A stretch of 64,000 nt of DNA from a bacterium (lineage in GTDB: Bacteria > UBA8248 > JACPRG01 > G963555815), in contig CBDHDG010000007.1 of the NCBI GenBank assembly GCA_965261595.1, positions 64,001 through 128,000 of the forward strand, in the 5' to 3' direction. The translations under genes and the position numbers were made by a program. Positions 10,002 through 19,577 of this stretch are shown here, one piece after another. Positions within the stretch are counted from its first letter, which is position 1. The number at the start of each line of letters is the position of its first letter. The notes under the pieces are model-generated. The model ran no database searches and was not told the DNA's origin. It saw only the letters and a program-made list of their open reading frames with translations.

Positions 10002-11668
10002 CCGGAATTTCCCATATCAACTTGCTTGGGTGGTTTCCGGTCCCCTTTCCCGATGAAAACCAGTTGATCCCCTTCCGATGGGTTTGTCAAGAGCCTTCCA
10101 ACCCTCCGCAACAAGGTGCTGACGGCCATCGACTGCCCCAAAAGGCGGACCCTCGCCCTTCGGTCCCCTTTGTTCGCGGTTCAACCCGTTAACCAATCAC
10201 CTCATGCTGCCGGGAACCCTCTGCACAAGGTTAGACCGGCACCGGCCGTAATCGGTTGATTCGGTCCAGGATGATGGCGAACTCTTCCCTGGATACCGCT
10301 ACTTCGGCCAATTGAAAGATGATCTGCCGGGCGTGCCGCACAATCCTCCCGCCCATTTTGATGAGCTTGACCTGGAGGCTTCGCAGCGACCAGTGCTTGA
10401 GCCCCCTGGGCAAGGCTAGCCTGCGCAGGAAATTGCCCAGGTTGTACGCCAGGACGAAGAGAAGGAGCCGCACCTGGTTGCACACGAACCGGTGACAGGA
10501 AAGGCGTGTCCAGTTCAGGGCGTACTTGCCTTCCTTGATCCATTGCTCGGCTGTGCCTCGCTGGTTGTAGAAGTGCACGACCCCCTCGGGTCGAGCCGTC
10601 AGGTTCGTGACAATGAATCCGACGCGAGGGAAGAGTTCGCCTGAGTGCCATTCCACCTTCGCCACGACCCGCCGGGAACGGTCCCAGCTTCCAGCCTGAT
10701 ACCGGAAGTCGTAATAGAAGATGATGGGTCTCTTGGGCGGGCGACCGACCGGGCGGGTGAGGAGGAAGTCGATCTCTCGCTGCACCACGTCGTTGGCGGG
10801 AAGGCGGATGGCGTAATGGAAGCTGTGCGCTTCCAGGCACTCATAAACCTCCGGGCGCGCAAAGGCGGCATCGGCTCGGAAGTAACGGCGAACACCCGCC
10901 CGCTCATACCGGGCCGCGATGGGCGAAAGCAACTCGCGCCAGCCATCGGCGCTGTGCACGTTGCCGGGGCGCAACATCGCCCCTTCGCAGTCCCCAAACT
11001 GGTTAAAGCAAAAAAGAGGGTGATAACAGGTGCAACGAAAGTGGCCGTTGTAGGCCGTACCTTCCTGCTCCCCATGGACGGGGCTTTCCGAGCTGTCCAT
11101 GTCCAGGATGATTCGCTGATGGGGTGAGTGTGCCATGGCCCGGTCCACCCACTCCCGGTTCAGCTCGCTCAACCCCTTGAGATTCTCCTCCCTGGTGAGA
11201 ACCTCGGTCTCGAACCGGCTCAGGGTGTTGGCGCCCGCCGCCTGCTTCTCAAGCGCTCGGCGGCCGACCACGGCTTGCATCGCGGGGTCCTGGGCCAACC
11301 GCTCGGCATCGTTGGTGTCTTCATACCCTGCCAAGCGGCTATAGACCGACTGGCGCAATAGCGGCGCCAACTCATGCTGGATGTTCCGGCCATGACGGAT
11401 CTCTTGCAATTGCACTGGCGCTCTCACCGTCAAACCCAGCGCATCATCCAGCTCCCGGCAGGCCAGCAATCCCGCATCCGAAGTGATTCTGGTTCCGTGA
11501 AACTCAAGCCTCAGCCGACGGTCAAAACGGATCTTCAAAGCCCCCTTCTTCGCTTCACCCATTGGGTCCCCTCGCAAGATGATGGCAGGGAGAGGCCAAC
11601 ACCTTGATCTTACACGAGAAAATGGCATTCGGTCCGACAAAACTTATGATCCATATGGGAAATGCGGG
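10002..11668 (-). mobile_element. IS1380-family insertion sequence (copy 1)
   Basis: Imperfect terminal IRs CCGGAATTTCCCATAT (10002) and CCCGCATTTCCCATAT (revcomp, ends 11668); no target duplication seen. Confidence 0.88.
10231..11562 (-). CDS. IS1380-family transposase
   Basis: TSDAGLL, GYEDTNDA, LDMDSS, GEQEG.AYNGH, RADAAF, FYNQRGTAEQWIKEGK. Confidence 0.93.
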   Translation of the reverse strand: MGEAKKGALKIRFDRRLRLEFHGTRITSDAGLLACRELDDALGLTVRAPVQLQEIRHGRNIQHELAPLLRQSVYSRLAGYEDTNDAERLAQDPAMQAVVGRRALEKQAAGANTLSRFETEVLTREENLKGLSELNREWVDRAMAHSPHQRIILDMDSSESPVHGEQEGTAYNGHFRCTCYHPLFCFNQFGDCEGAMLRPGNVHSADGWRELLSPIAARYERAGVRRYFRADAAFARPEVYECLEAHSFHYAIRLPANDVVQREIDFLLTRPVGRPPKRPIIFYYDFRYQAGSWDRSRRVVAKVEWHSGELFPRVGFIVTNLTARPEGVVHFYNQRGTAEQWIKEGKYALNWTRLSCHRFVCNQVRLLLFVLAYNLGNFLRRLALPRGLKHWSLRSLQVKLIKMGGRIVRHARQIIFQLAEVAVSREEFAIILDRINRLRPVPV

Positions 11669-12668
11669 GTAGAAGGTCGCAAGGAACTTCCGGTCCGTGA
11701 TCAGACGCTGGAACATACGTCCGCAAAGATCGTGCTGGCTGGTCGCCCCGAGCTCATCCAATTTGGCTGCGACGACGGAGAGTCGGTCCAGGATTTCCTG
11801 GGCCGTGCCGTTGCGGATTGGAAGGATGATGTCCGAGGCGATCTTGAAGATCGGCCAGTAGTTGATGTTCGTGAGAATGTGTCGCCAGACTTTCAGAACT
11901 CTCCCCTTGGAGAGGCGCCCATTGGCGTTGCGTAGCTGGTCGAGCGTGTCGATGCTATGGGCGCCGGCGATGGCGGTGTGGAAGGTGAGAGCGTTGGCGA
12001 GAATGGCCATCGCCATCCGCGAGGTCTGCTCTCCGTCCGTCTGATGCAACTCGCTGGCGATGGACTCCAGCGTGTCTGGCGCATCGGCGCAGGCATCACG
12101 CAGCTTACCGGCGACTTGGTTGATCCCGTCTTCGAGGATCTTCATACCGCTGGCGATGCGGTTTTCGGACAGGGCGGCATGCTCGATACATGCTGTGAGA
12201 TCATCCACGCTGCCGTCGAGCCAGCCGGTTTTGGGCCATCGATCGGGGTCTTCCGAATCTCCCGAGAAAATGCAGAACGCCAGCCTAGTTCTCGCGATTT
12301 CCTCTTCGAGTTTGTTCTGGCGTACGTTGGCCAGAGCGTCTGGAATGCGCACGGCGAGGGCCTGTTCGATGCTATCTCCCGTTTCCCGCAAGGTCTTTCC
12401 GAGACGTTCGCGGGCGTCCTGCTCGACGGTGTGAGCCGGCGTGTATTCTGTCTCAACGGCGACCGGGAGGCCGCCCGGGTGGCGGACGATAAGGTCAGGC
12501 TGCAGTCCCGCCCTTTCGCTAAAGACGTTCGTCTGTTCCACCCCGATCCGGTCCACCCAACGCGGATGTTTCCCCCGCAACACGTTTGCCAGTTGGGTAT
12601 TGTCCCCCGCTCTAGGGTTTTGTTGGACACTCGATTGATCCATGATTCATGGAGAAAGGGGTGTCGCG

Positions 12669-13055
12669 ATGAACGAACAAAAGCAAGAGGGGGCTTTGGC
12701 GGAGGGCGCCCGCAGGGCGAACGGAGCCAAGGCCCCAGGGCATCGCAGTGAGCGGGGTCGGTTCTCCTGCCAGCGCAAGCGGGAGGCGGTCCTGCGTCTT
12801 TTGCGGGGCGAGAGCCTGGAGACGCTCTGCCGCGAGTTGGGCACGACAGCGGCTCGGCTTTCCGCCTGGCGCGAGGCGTTCCTTCGCGGGGGCGAGGCGG
12901 CGCTCAAAGCCCGCCCGGCGGATGAGCGGGACGAGGAGAACGCCCGGCTCAAGGCCAAGGTGGGCGAACTCACGATGGAGGGCGAGGTCCTGCGGGAGAA
13001 GATCGACCGCCTGGAGGCCGGCCGCCCTTTAGCCGGCAGGAGGTGGAGGCGATGA
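12669..13055 (+). CDS. IS3-family transposase OrfA
   Basis: HTH region RFSCQRKREAVLRLLRGE followed by coiled coil LKAKVGELTME. Confidence 0.88.
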   Translation: MNEQKQEGALAEGARRANGAKAPGHRSERGRFSCQRKREAVLRLLRGESLETLCRELGTTAARLSAWREAFLRGGEAALKARPADERDEENARLKAKVGELTMEGEVLREKIDRLEAGRPLAGRRWRR

Positions 13056-13960
13056 GTCAGGCCCGCTTCACCTCCACGGGCAGAGCCTACGGCCTGAAGC
13101 GGGTGTGCGCCCTTTGGGGCTTGGCGCGCTCCACGGTCTACGCGCAACGGCGGCGAGAGGCGGTCCCCGTTCATGAACGCCCCACGCCCAATAAGCGCGG
13201 CCCTGTGGGCCCGTGCACCGATGCGGAACTCCTCGGCCACATCCGGCAGGTCCTGGAGGACTCTCCCTTCCATGGCGAGGGCTACCGCAAGGTGTGGGCG
13301 AGGCTGCGCTTCGCGGGCATCCGCACCAGCAAGGAGCGGGTGCGTCGCCTGATGCGGGAGGCGGGGCTTCAGGCCCCTCACCGGGTGGGCAAACCCCGAG
13401 GTCCCAAGGCCCACAACGGGACCATCCGCACCGAGCGGCCCGACCGAATGTGGGGCACGCACATGACGACGACGGTGACCACCGAGGAGGGGATGGCCTC
13501 GGTGTTCGTGGCGGTGGATCACTGCTCGGTGGACTGCGTGGGGATCCATGCGGCCAAGAGCGGCAACCGCTTCGAGGCCCTGGAGCCGATCCGGCAGGGG
13601 GTCGCCGAGCGCTTCGCCGGCTTGGAGGCGGACGTCGCCGAGGGGCTTAAAGTTCGTCACGACCACGGCCCCGCCTATCTGTCCGATGACTTTCAGCGGG
13701 AGATCGCCTACCTGGGCATGACCAGTTCGCCCAGCTTCGTGCGGGCGCCCGAGGGAAATGGCTACTGTGAGTGGTTCATCCGCATCTTGAAGGAGAATCT
13801 CCTGTGGGTGCGCTCTTTCGCCACCGTAGAGGAACTGCGGTGGGCGCTGCTTGAGTTCAAGAACCTGTACAACCATCATTGGATTCTCGAGGGCTACGGC
13901 TACCGAACGCCGGCCCAGGCAAGGCAGGAAAAACTCGCTCAAGTTGCGGAGGCCGCATGA
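13052..13960 (+). CDS. IS3-family transposase OrfB (first catalytic Asp replaced by His)
   Basis: Integrase core WGTHMT / VRHDHG / PEGNG..E; ATGA overlap with orfA. Confidence 0.88.
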   Translation: MSQARFTSTGRAYGLKRVCALWGLARSTVYAQRRREAVPVHERPTPNKRGPVGPCTDAELLGHIRQVLEDSPFHGEGYRKVWARLRFAGIRTSKERVRRLMREAGLQAPHRVGKPRGPKAHNGTIRTERPDRMWGTHMTTTVTTEEGMASVFVAVDHCSVDCVGIHAAKSGNRFEALEPIRQGVAERFAGLEADVAEGLKVRHDHGPAYLSDDFQREIAYLGMTSSPSFVRAPEGNGYCEWFIRILKENLLWVRSFATVEELRWALLEFKNLYNHHWILEGYGYRTPAQARQEKLAQVAEAA

Positions 13961-14204
13961 GGTCGAATACCCTCACCCGAGTGTCCAATAACCCAGGGGC
14001 GGTCCAATTGAATGCAGTTTCAGTGGTCTTGGGCATCGTCTTGGCCAGTCCGGCAGCTCCGTTTAAGGTGTATTCCAGTCATCGATCAAGCCGTCAGAGT
14101 CTCTTTGAATCGCGCTTCCTAATCTCCGTTGTTGTGCCTGTGGGAGATACAGGCAATACACGTGACAGCTTATCGTAGCATATCACAAACGCACTGCCCC
14201 GCCA

Positions 14205-14660
14205 CTACCCGGCATTCCAGTGTTTGCGCTGCAGGTAGAAGATCCGGTAATCGGGATCCTCAGACTCCGGAAACTCCGCTATTGGGGCAATGGGTTCCTC
14301 GGACAGGCAGACCCAGACCAGGCCATACCTTTCCTGCGCTGGGAAGGTGGTGAGACACGCCTTTTTGGGAATTGGATGTTCCGCCGGGACCGAGGGAATT
14401 CGGACGCACTTCCCTTGGGCATTGTAGGCCCAGCCATGGTACGCGCAGACGATCGTTTCTCCCTCGACCCAACCAAGGGAAATGGGAGTTCCCCGATGGA
14501 TGCAAAGGTCGGAAAACGCCCGGACCTGGCCTCCCACCCGGAAGACCGCCAGACGCTCATCCAACAGGCGAACGGAAACCGGCCGCTCACCCAACTCGTG
14601 AGAAAGCATCCCGGGATGCCAGTACTTACCCAAAATGGGCCCCAGAGCGCCCTCTCTCAT
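14205..14660 (-). pseudogene. Rieske oxygenase alpha subunit, 3'-truncated (paralog of 20647-21684)
   Basis: CIHRG...CAYHGW Rieske motif; stops before the mononuclear-iron catalytic domain. Confidence 0.8.
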
Positions 14661-14925
14661 CGCGTTGTCCCCTTTTCCGGAATTTCCCATTTTCCTCTGA
14701 ACGGAAGACCTCCCCAGTCCTCTTTGCCGGTAAAACCCATTTCACCCCCTTCCGGTGAACCGGTCAAGAGCTTCTCGAACCCCCCAACTGGGCGCTGATC
14801 GCCAGCCGCCATGCCCAAAACGCGGAGTCCCGCCCTTCGTTCATCCTTCCCGACGATTCAACCGGTGAGAAAAAAAAGGGAATTATGTAGGAAAGTGCCG
14901 AAGGGGAGAAATCGCCACCACAATA

Positions 14926-15177
14926 TCAGCGTCGTGGCGGCGGGTTTGCAGGAGTGACATCACTAATATCTATCTCTCTTCCCTCAGGAAGGCGCCAGTA
15001 GAAAGAATCCTTGATTTTCACTCGGCGCATTCTGTGTTCACCCGCAAAAGAGATATTGCTCTCAGATATCTTTGGACGAGTTGTGACTAACTCGTGGCCA
15101 GCGCCGTGTTTATAGAATACACCCCACTCAATCCCGTTCACTTTTTTCACCGGGATACGAAGTGCTATTTTCTTCAC
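14926..15177 (-). CDS. Hypothetical passenger protein
   Basis: 83-aa ORF with an ATGA-type overlap with the upstream ORF; lower GC. Confidence 0.5.
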   Translation of the reverse strand: MKKIALRIPVKKVNGIEWGVFYKHGAGHELVTTRPKISESNISFAGEHRMRRVKIKDSFYWRLPEGREIDISDVTPANPPPRR

Positions 15178-15506
15178 GCTGGAATTTCCCTAACGCCTTT
15201 GTCTTCTAGGCGGCTTAAAGCCCGATCGACATCCAGAAAGCTCAGTTCAAGCGCCCGAGCGATTTCGACAGAATTGGTTCTGGACTTACCAAGGCTTCGG
15301 ACTGCTTGGATATGAGCGTATACAGCATTTTCGACGCTGCTATCATCTGGGATGGCCAATTTGCTGGATGGCCTCATGGTGACATCCACATGAACCATTT
15401 CTTGAGAGCTGTCAATAGTCGAGGTATGACTATCCCGGCTGGTTGAGTACGTTGGCAAATATTCATGTGCCGCATTATTCATGGGTCTATCCCCTTTCGC
15501 TCCCAT
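15174..15506 (-). CDS. Hypothetical passenger protein, C-terminal winged-HTH-like
   Basis: SVEIARALELSFLDVDRALSRLEDKG resembles an HTH. Confidence 0.5.
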   Translation of the reverse strand: MGAKGDRPMNNAAHEYLPTYSTSRDSHTSTIDSSQEMVHVDVTMRPSSKLAIPDDSSVENAVYAHIQAVRSLGKSRTNSVEIARALELSFLDVDRALSRLEDKGVREIPA

Positions 15507-15826
15507 GGAGTGCCAAAAACACTAGCGTAGGAGTCCCGCTGCCTGACAAGAGCGTCAATGAGTCCCTGTATAATCGTTACAGGGATTGTTATTTCGAAAT
15601 CAGGCTCCAAGTCTAAGGTGTTGTCCTTGTTTATCTGTTCAGGTCGAATCTTTGGAGGAACCCTGACGCCTGACATCGAAAAGTCATTTATGGACGATGC
15701 AACCCCTATGTAATTCACGTAAAATTGCGGAGTGCCATCAGTTGTCGGGAGCAAGTTGAGCTTCACGTTGCTAATGGGCTCGCCATTCTCTGGTTTCTTT
15801 GGATCGGTCATGGGTTCGAGCTCCAC
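15479..15826 (-). CDS. Hypothetical passenger protein (DUF3467-like)
   Basis: PQFYVNYIGVASSINDFSMS...ITIPVTIIQGLIDAL pattern. Confidence 0.5.
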   Translation of the reverse strand: MELEPMTDPKKPENGEPISNVKLNLLPTTDGTPQFYVNYIGVASSINDFSMSGVRVPPKIRPEQINKDNTLDLEPDFEITIPVTIIQGLIDALVRQRDSYASVFGTPWERKGIDP

Positions 15827-15990
15827 CGCTTACCAGTAGCCTTCCGCGCGATTTCCGAACGCTCATCAGCCGTGAGTTTTTCGGCCCTGGCCTTCCCTCC
15901 ATGGACACATCAATTCACCCGTACATTAGGTTGAATTTAAAGCCCTGTCAAGATTATCCCGGAAGGTCAAGCGTTGCTGTATGGATCCGG

Positions 15991-16161
15991 TCAATCCTTC
16001 TTCGGGCTCGGAATATGTCGAACCGTAACATTCTGAGCCAAAGCATCAACCGCTTCCTCAACCCCAACGTCAACCCGAAGATCATCCTCCAACTCTGCCT
16101 TTGTGGGCTGGTAGGACGACTCGACCATTTCAACCTCTACGGGTTTCGGCTTGTCGGTCAT
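15991..16161 (-). CDS. Small acidic protein downstream of the IS1595 transposase (56 aa)
   Basis: AAAGGAG RBS; MTDKPKPVEVEMVESSYQPTKAELEDDLRV...; below the ORF-track cutoff. Confidence 0.6.
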   Translation of the reverse strand: MTDKPKPVEVEMVESSYQPTKAELEDDLRVDVGVEEAVDALAQNVTVRHIPSPKKD

Positions 16162-16215
16162 GGTCTTGGCTCCTTTCGGGTGGCGTCGCTTAATGCGTAG
16201 CGGTCGGACACATCT

Positions 16216-17196
16216 TCACGCCCTCCGCGCCATGGAGTCAAGCCCGTTGTCGGCGATGAGTTGCGTGTACTTGAGCCGTTTCCCGTCCATGCCGTTGACG
16301 ATCTCGCCCATGATGTCGATGGTGTCACGTTCCCGGAGGTTGTGCCGTCCGGCGAATTCCTGGACGTAACGGTCCAGGTGCTTTGGCGAGATCTTGTGAA
16401 ACGTGCCCTTGTGGGCGCGTTTCATCGTCGCCCAAAGAGATTCGATACCATTGGTGTGTACGTCGCCCCTCACGTATTCCGAGATAGAGTGCTTCACGCT
16501 GGAATGATTGAAGGGGAGGCTTTCGTAGGCGGTTGCCTCGTCCGTGTAAACGGTGGCTCCTGGAGCCGCGTGCTCATCAACGAATCCGTGGAGAGTGTCT
16601 TTGACGGTATTGTGGACCACCTTGGCCGAGACGCGATTCGTTGCCCGGTCCTTTGCGCCCACAACCGCCGTCTTGCCGACAGAGCCCCTGCCTTTGAGTT
16701 TCTTCTTCTTGGCCTTCGTGGTATTGCGGAATTTTCCGCCGAAATACGATTCATCCACTTCCACCGGGCCGGAATATGGGCGGTCCTTCACCGATATGGC
16801 CGCACGGAGCCGATGGGCCATGAACCACGCGCTTCTCTGATTGATTCCGAGGTCGCGGCTCAGCTTCATGCTGGACACGCTCTTGAGGTTGGTAGAAAGC
16901 AGATAGGTTCCGATCATCCACTTCTGCATCCCGATCTTCGAGCCTTCCATGACCGTCCCGGTCTTGGCGCTGAATCGCTTCGCGCATTCCTTTTCACGGC
17001 ATCGAAACGGCATCGTCTTATGTTTCGTACCCGCCTGGACGTTCATCGAACCACAATGCGGGCAGGCGACCCCATTTGGCCAGCGCTTCTTGATGAACCA
17101 CGCTTCGGCGGTCGCATCGTCCGGGAATTGCCGCATGATCTCGATGAGTGTGATACCCTTGCGGTAGGCTTTTCCTGGGGCTTTCTTCTTTGTCAC
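16216..17196 (-). CDS. IS1595-family transposase
   Basis: Zn ribbon CPHC...C...C; VEVDESYFGG, YTDE, HTNGIESLW; GTG start after GAGGAG. Confidence 0.92.
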   Translation of the reverse strand: MTKKKAPGKAYRKGITLIEIMRQFPDDATAEAWFIKKRWPNGVACPHCGSMNVQAGTKHKTMPFRCREKECAKRFSAKTGTVMEGSKIGMQKWMIGTYLLSTNLKSVSSMKLSRDLGINQRSAWFMAHRLRAAISVKDRPYSGPVEVDESYFGGKFRNTTKAKKKKLKGRGSVGKTAVVGAKDRATNRVSAKVVHNTVKDTLHGFVDEHAAPGATVYTDEATAYESLPFNHSSVKHSISEYVRGDVHTNGIESLWATMKRAHKGTFHKISPKHLDRYVQEFAGRHNLRERDTIDIMGEIVNGMDGKRLKYTQLIADNGLDSMARRA

Positions 17197-17388
17197 GTCG
17201 GTTCTCCTCATGTTGTATAAGGAGAATATACAACAGAGTGCCGAAGATGTCAAGTGCTTTTTGGGGTAAAATGCGAACGCCCAGAGTGAGGGCTCTAGGC
17301 GTTCAAGCTACAGGGTGACTCTGTGATGGACCGTCCTTAAATCAGAGTACCCCTTTCGTGGTTTTGTGTCAAATGGGAGGGGATCGCC

Positions 17389-17625
17389 GTGAAACTAATG
17401 CCGGAGAATGTACGCGTGAAAATAACACTGTGGGCCGCTTTATTCTATTTTGGTGGTGGTGCGCTTATGATTGCATACCTTTTGCTGGCTGGAAATGAGG
17501 AAGGGATTCGTTTCGCCGAAAAGTCCTTTTTCACGATAGGGGCAACAGCCGTGATGTGTATCGGCTACTGGTTCGGGAATCGAAGGGATGAGTCGTTGAA
17601 AGACAACTCAACCGAGACCCAATAG
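17389..17625 (+). CDS. Small membrane protein (2 TM, holin-like YWFG tail)
   Basis: GGAGG RBS; two hydrophobic segments; ends GYWFGNRR. Confidence 0.55.
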   Translation: MKLMPENVRVKITLWAALFYFGGGALMIAYLLLAGNEEGIRFAEKSFFTIGATAVMCIGYWFGNRRDESLKDNSTETQ

Positions 17626-18585
17626 CTCGGCGATTATGCCCTTGACCCAACCAGCCACTGCATGTGAGATTTCAGACCTGGAAGGCCAGACCACAAGATG
17701 TAGGGGGGTGAAAATCCGTCCCCTTGCGTCTATATTGAAGTCCCTATCGCGGCAACCGAAGGGATAGCCTCAAACGCTAACCGTATTCTTTCCAGAAGTA
17801 TTTTGTATAACTGAATCAGGTTAGCGATGAACACTGCAAATGCGTCCAAGGGATGATTTTTAATTTCTTCTTTCTTTGGATATACGTGGCAAAAACCGAT
17901 TTTTTGATGCATCTGTTTATTCCCTTTCATGTTTTTGGGCGCAAATACAGAAAATTCGCCCTTGACAAATTTTATGAGAGGGAACACACTGAAGGGTGTC
18001 GATTCTCTTCAATATGTTGCCTATCTCACTACACGCCCCTGTGCTCTGGGCGTGTAGTGAGATATATCCCCAAAGAATGTTTCTGTCCACTACATCTTGT
18101 GGTCAGCGCCCCAGTGCTTTTCGGCACTTTCCTACATAATTCCCAAAAAAAATCCCCCTTCCGCCTACGGGGAATGCTCCGCGAAAGACTAGACAGGCAC
18201 CAGCCGTAATCGGTCGATCCGCACCAAAATGAGGGCGAACACCTCCCTGGATACAGCCCCCTCGACCAACTGGAAGATGATCTGCCGGACATCGCCGCCG
18301 AGGAGGCCCGCCTGACCTGCGGCGCCGTCCGGTCGATGATCGCGAGCGTCTGCGGCGCGGCGGGCCATGTCCCACACCTGACTCATGGGGAAGCCGGTCG
18401 AAGCCGGCTCATATCGCCTTCCACGGGGATGAGGTAGCCTATTTCTCCCCCACCAGGCAGGGCGCGAGTGACCCCATGTCCCGCGAAGAAAAAGACTACA
18501 TTTAACCCGGATAATCGCCCAATGTTAGAATGCAGAATTCGCGATTGGATTCATTGGCGTTCAGGCTTCCACAGGAGGGTGAAAA

Positions 18586-19482
18586 ATGATCATTGACAGC
18601 CATTCCCACATCGGCGACTACGGGGGTGTTTGGAGCAAGAAGATGGTGGACTCTCTCATGCCCCAGTTCGGCAGGTGGGATTACTGGATGGATCCCAGCC
18701 GGAAATGGCGTCCTGAGGATTTTCACATCGATCCCGACCGCTATGTCGAATACATGGACAAGACCGGCATCGACATGGCGGTCATTTTTGGGTTGGCGAT
18801 CACCCACTTAGAATGCTCCACGACCGCCGAGTACGTGGCAGACATCGTCTCGCGGTATCAAAACCGCTTTATCGGGTTCCACGTGGTCGATCCGATTGGA
18901 GGCCTCAAGGCCGTCGAAGAAATTGACCACGCGGTGAAAGATCTCGCCTTGAAGGGAATCAAGATCTTTCCGGCCTACAACGAAGTTGCGCCCAACGACC
19001 CCCGGCTCTTCCCCATCTATGAAAGATGTCTCGCGCTCGATATCCCCATCACCGTCCACATGGGTTACACGACGACGGCGAGAGCGATGCTGGAATTCCA
19101 AAGGCCGACCCTTTTGGATGAGATCGGGCTCCTTTTTCCCGGTCTCAAGCTCATTGTTGCTCACTTGGGCTGTCAATGGTCCTATGAGACGTTGATGCTC
19201 ATGGAAAAGTATCCCAGTTTTTATGCGGATGCCTCCATGATCTATTTCCCTATCGATCATATCGCGAGAACCTTGTCCTGGGCCAAACATTTCGAAAGCA
19301 TCACGCGTATCATCTACGGTTCCGACTATCCATTGCTGGATCCCGGAGCAGGCATCCAAATATTCCGCAGAGTTCCCGAATACACGGAGAAAGCAGGCAT
19401 TGAACCCGCCGTAACCGACGATGATATCGATTTGGTTCTCGGCCGGAACGCCGCGCAGCTGTTCGATGTATCGGCGCGCTGA
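18586..19482 (+). CDS. Amidohydrolase family protein (Amidohydro_2)
   Basis: IIDSHSH, GIKIFP, ITVHMG, IVAHLG, YGSDYP. Confidence 0.9.
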   Translation: MIIDSHSHIGDYGGVWSKKMVDSLMPQFGRWDYWMDPSRKWRPEDFHIDPDRYVEYMDKTGIDMAVIFGLAITHLECSTTAEYVADIVSRYQNRFIGFHVVDPIGGLKAVEEIDHAVKDLALKGIKIFPAYNEVAPNDPRLFPIYERCLALDIPITVHMGYTTTARAMLEFQRPTLLDEIGLLFPGLKLIVAHLGCQWSYETLMLMEKYPSFYADASMIYFPIDHIARTLSWAKHFESITRIIYGSDYPLLDPGAGIQIFRRVPEYTEKAGIEPAVTDDDIDLVLGRNAAQLFDVSAR

Positions 19483-19577
19483 ATCAGCTTTGGCCGTCTC
19501 CGGAACCGGCGGGATGAAGTGATCCCTCATGAAGACGGACAATTTTGGCGTGATCTGTCAGTCTGAGTGAAAGGAAC

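Larger units (their letters stand above)
12603..14006 (+). mobile_element. IS3-family element A, copy 1 (1404 bp; TSD ATTG)
   Basis: Ends TCCCCCGCTCTAGGG... and ...GGGGCGGTCCA; ATTG at 12599-12602 and 14007-14010. Confidence 0.93.
11669..14036 (-). pseudogene. Type IIG-like restriction-modification enzyme, split by IS3 and truncated by IS1380
   Basis: Removing the IS3 and one ATTG gives MPKTTETAFN|TQLANVLRGK.... It has a PD-(D/E)xK-like QPDLIV...VAVETE motif and ends at GRMFQRLITDRKFLATFY, the start of an N6-MTase region. Confidence 0.75.
14878..18144 (-). mobile_element. IS1595-family transporter IS with passenger genes (3267 bp)
   Basis: Perfect 25-bp IR GGGAATTATGTAGGAAAGTGCCGAA at both ends; 8-bp A8 TSD at 14870-14877 and 18145-18152. 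Confidence 0.88.
14677..18290 (-). mobile_element. IS1380 3' remnant, interrupted by the IS1595 element
   Basis: IRR-like CCGGAATTTCCCAT at 14677; transposase C-terminus RQIIFQL...IDRLRLVPV* at 18189-18290. The stop-to-IRR distance matches copy 1 once the IS1595 is removed. Confidence 0.7.
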
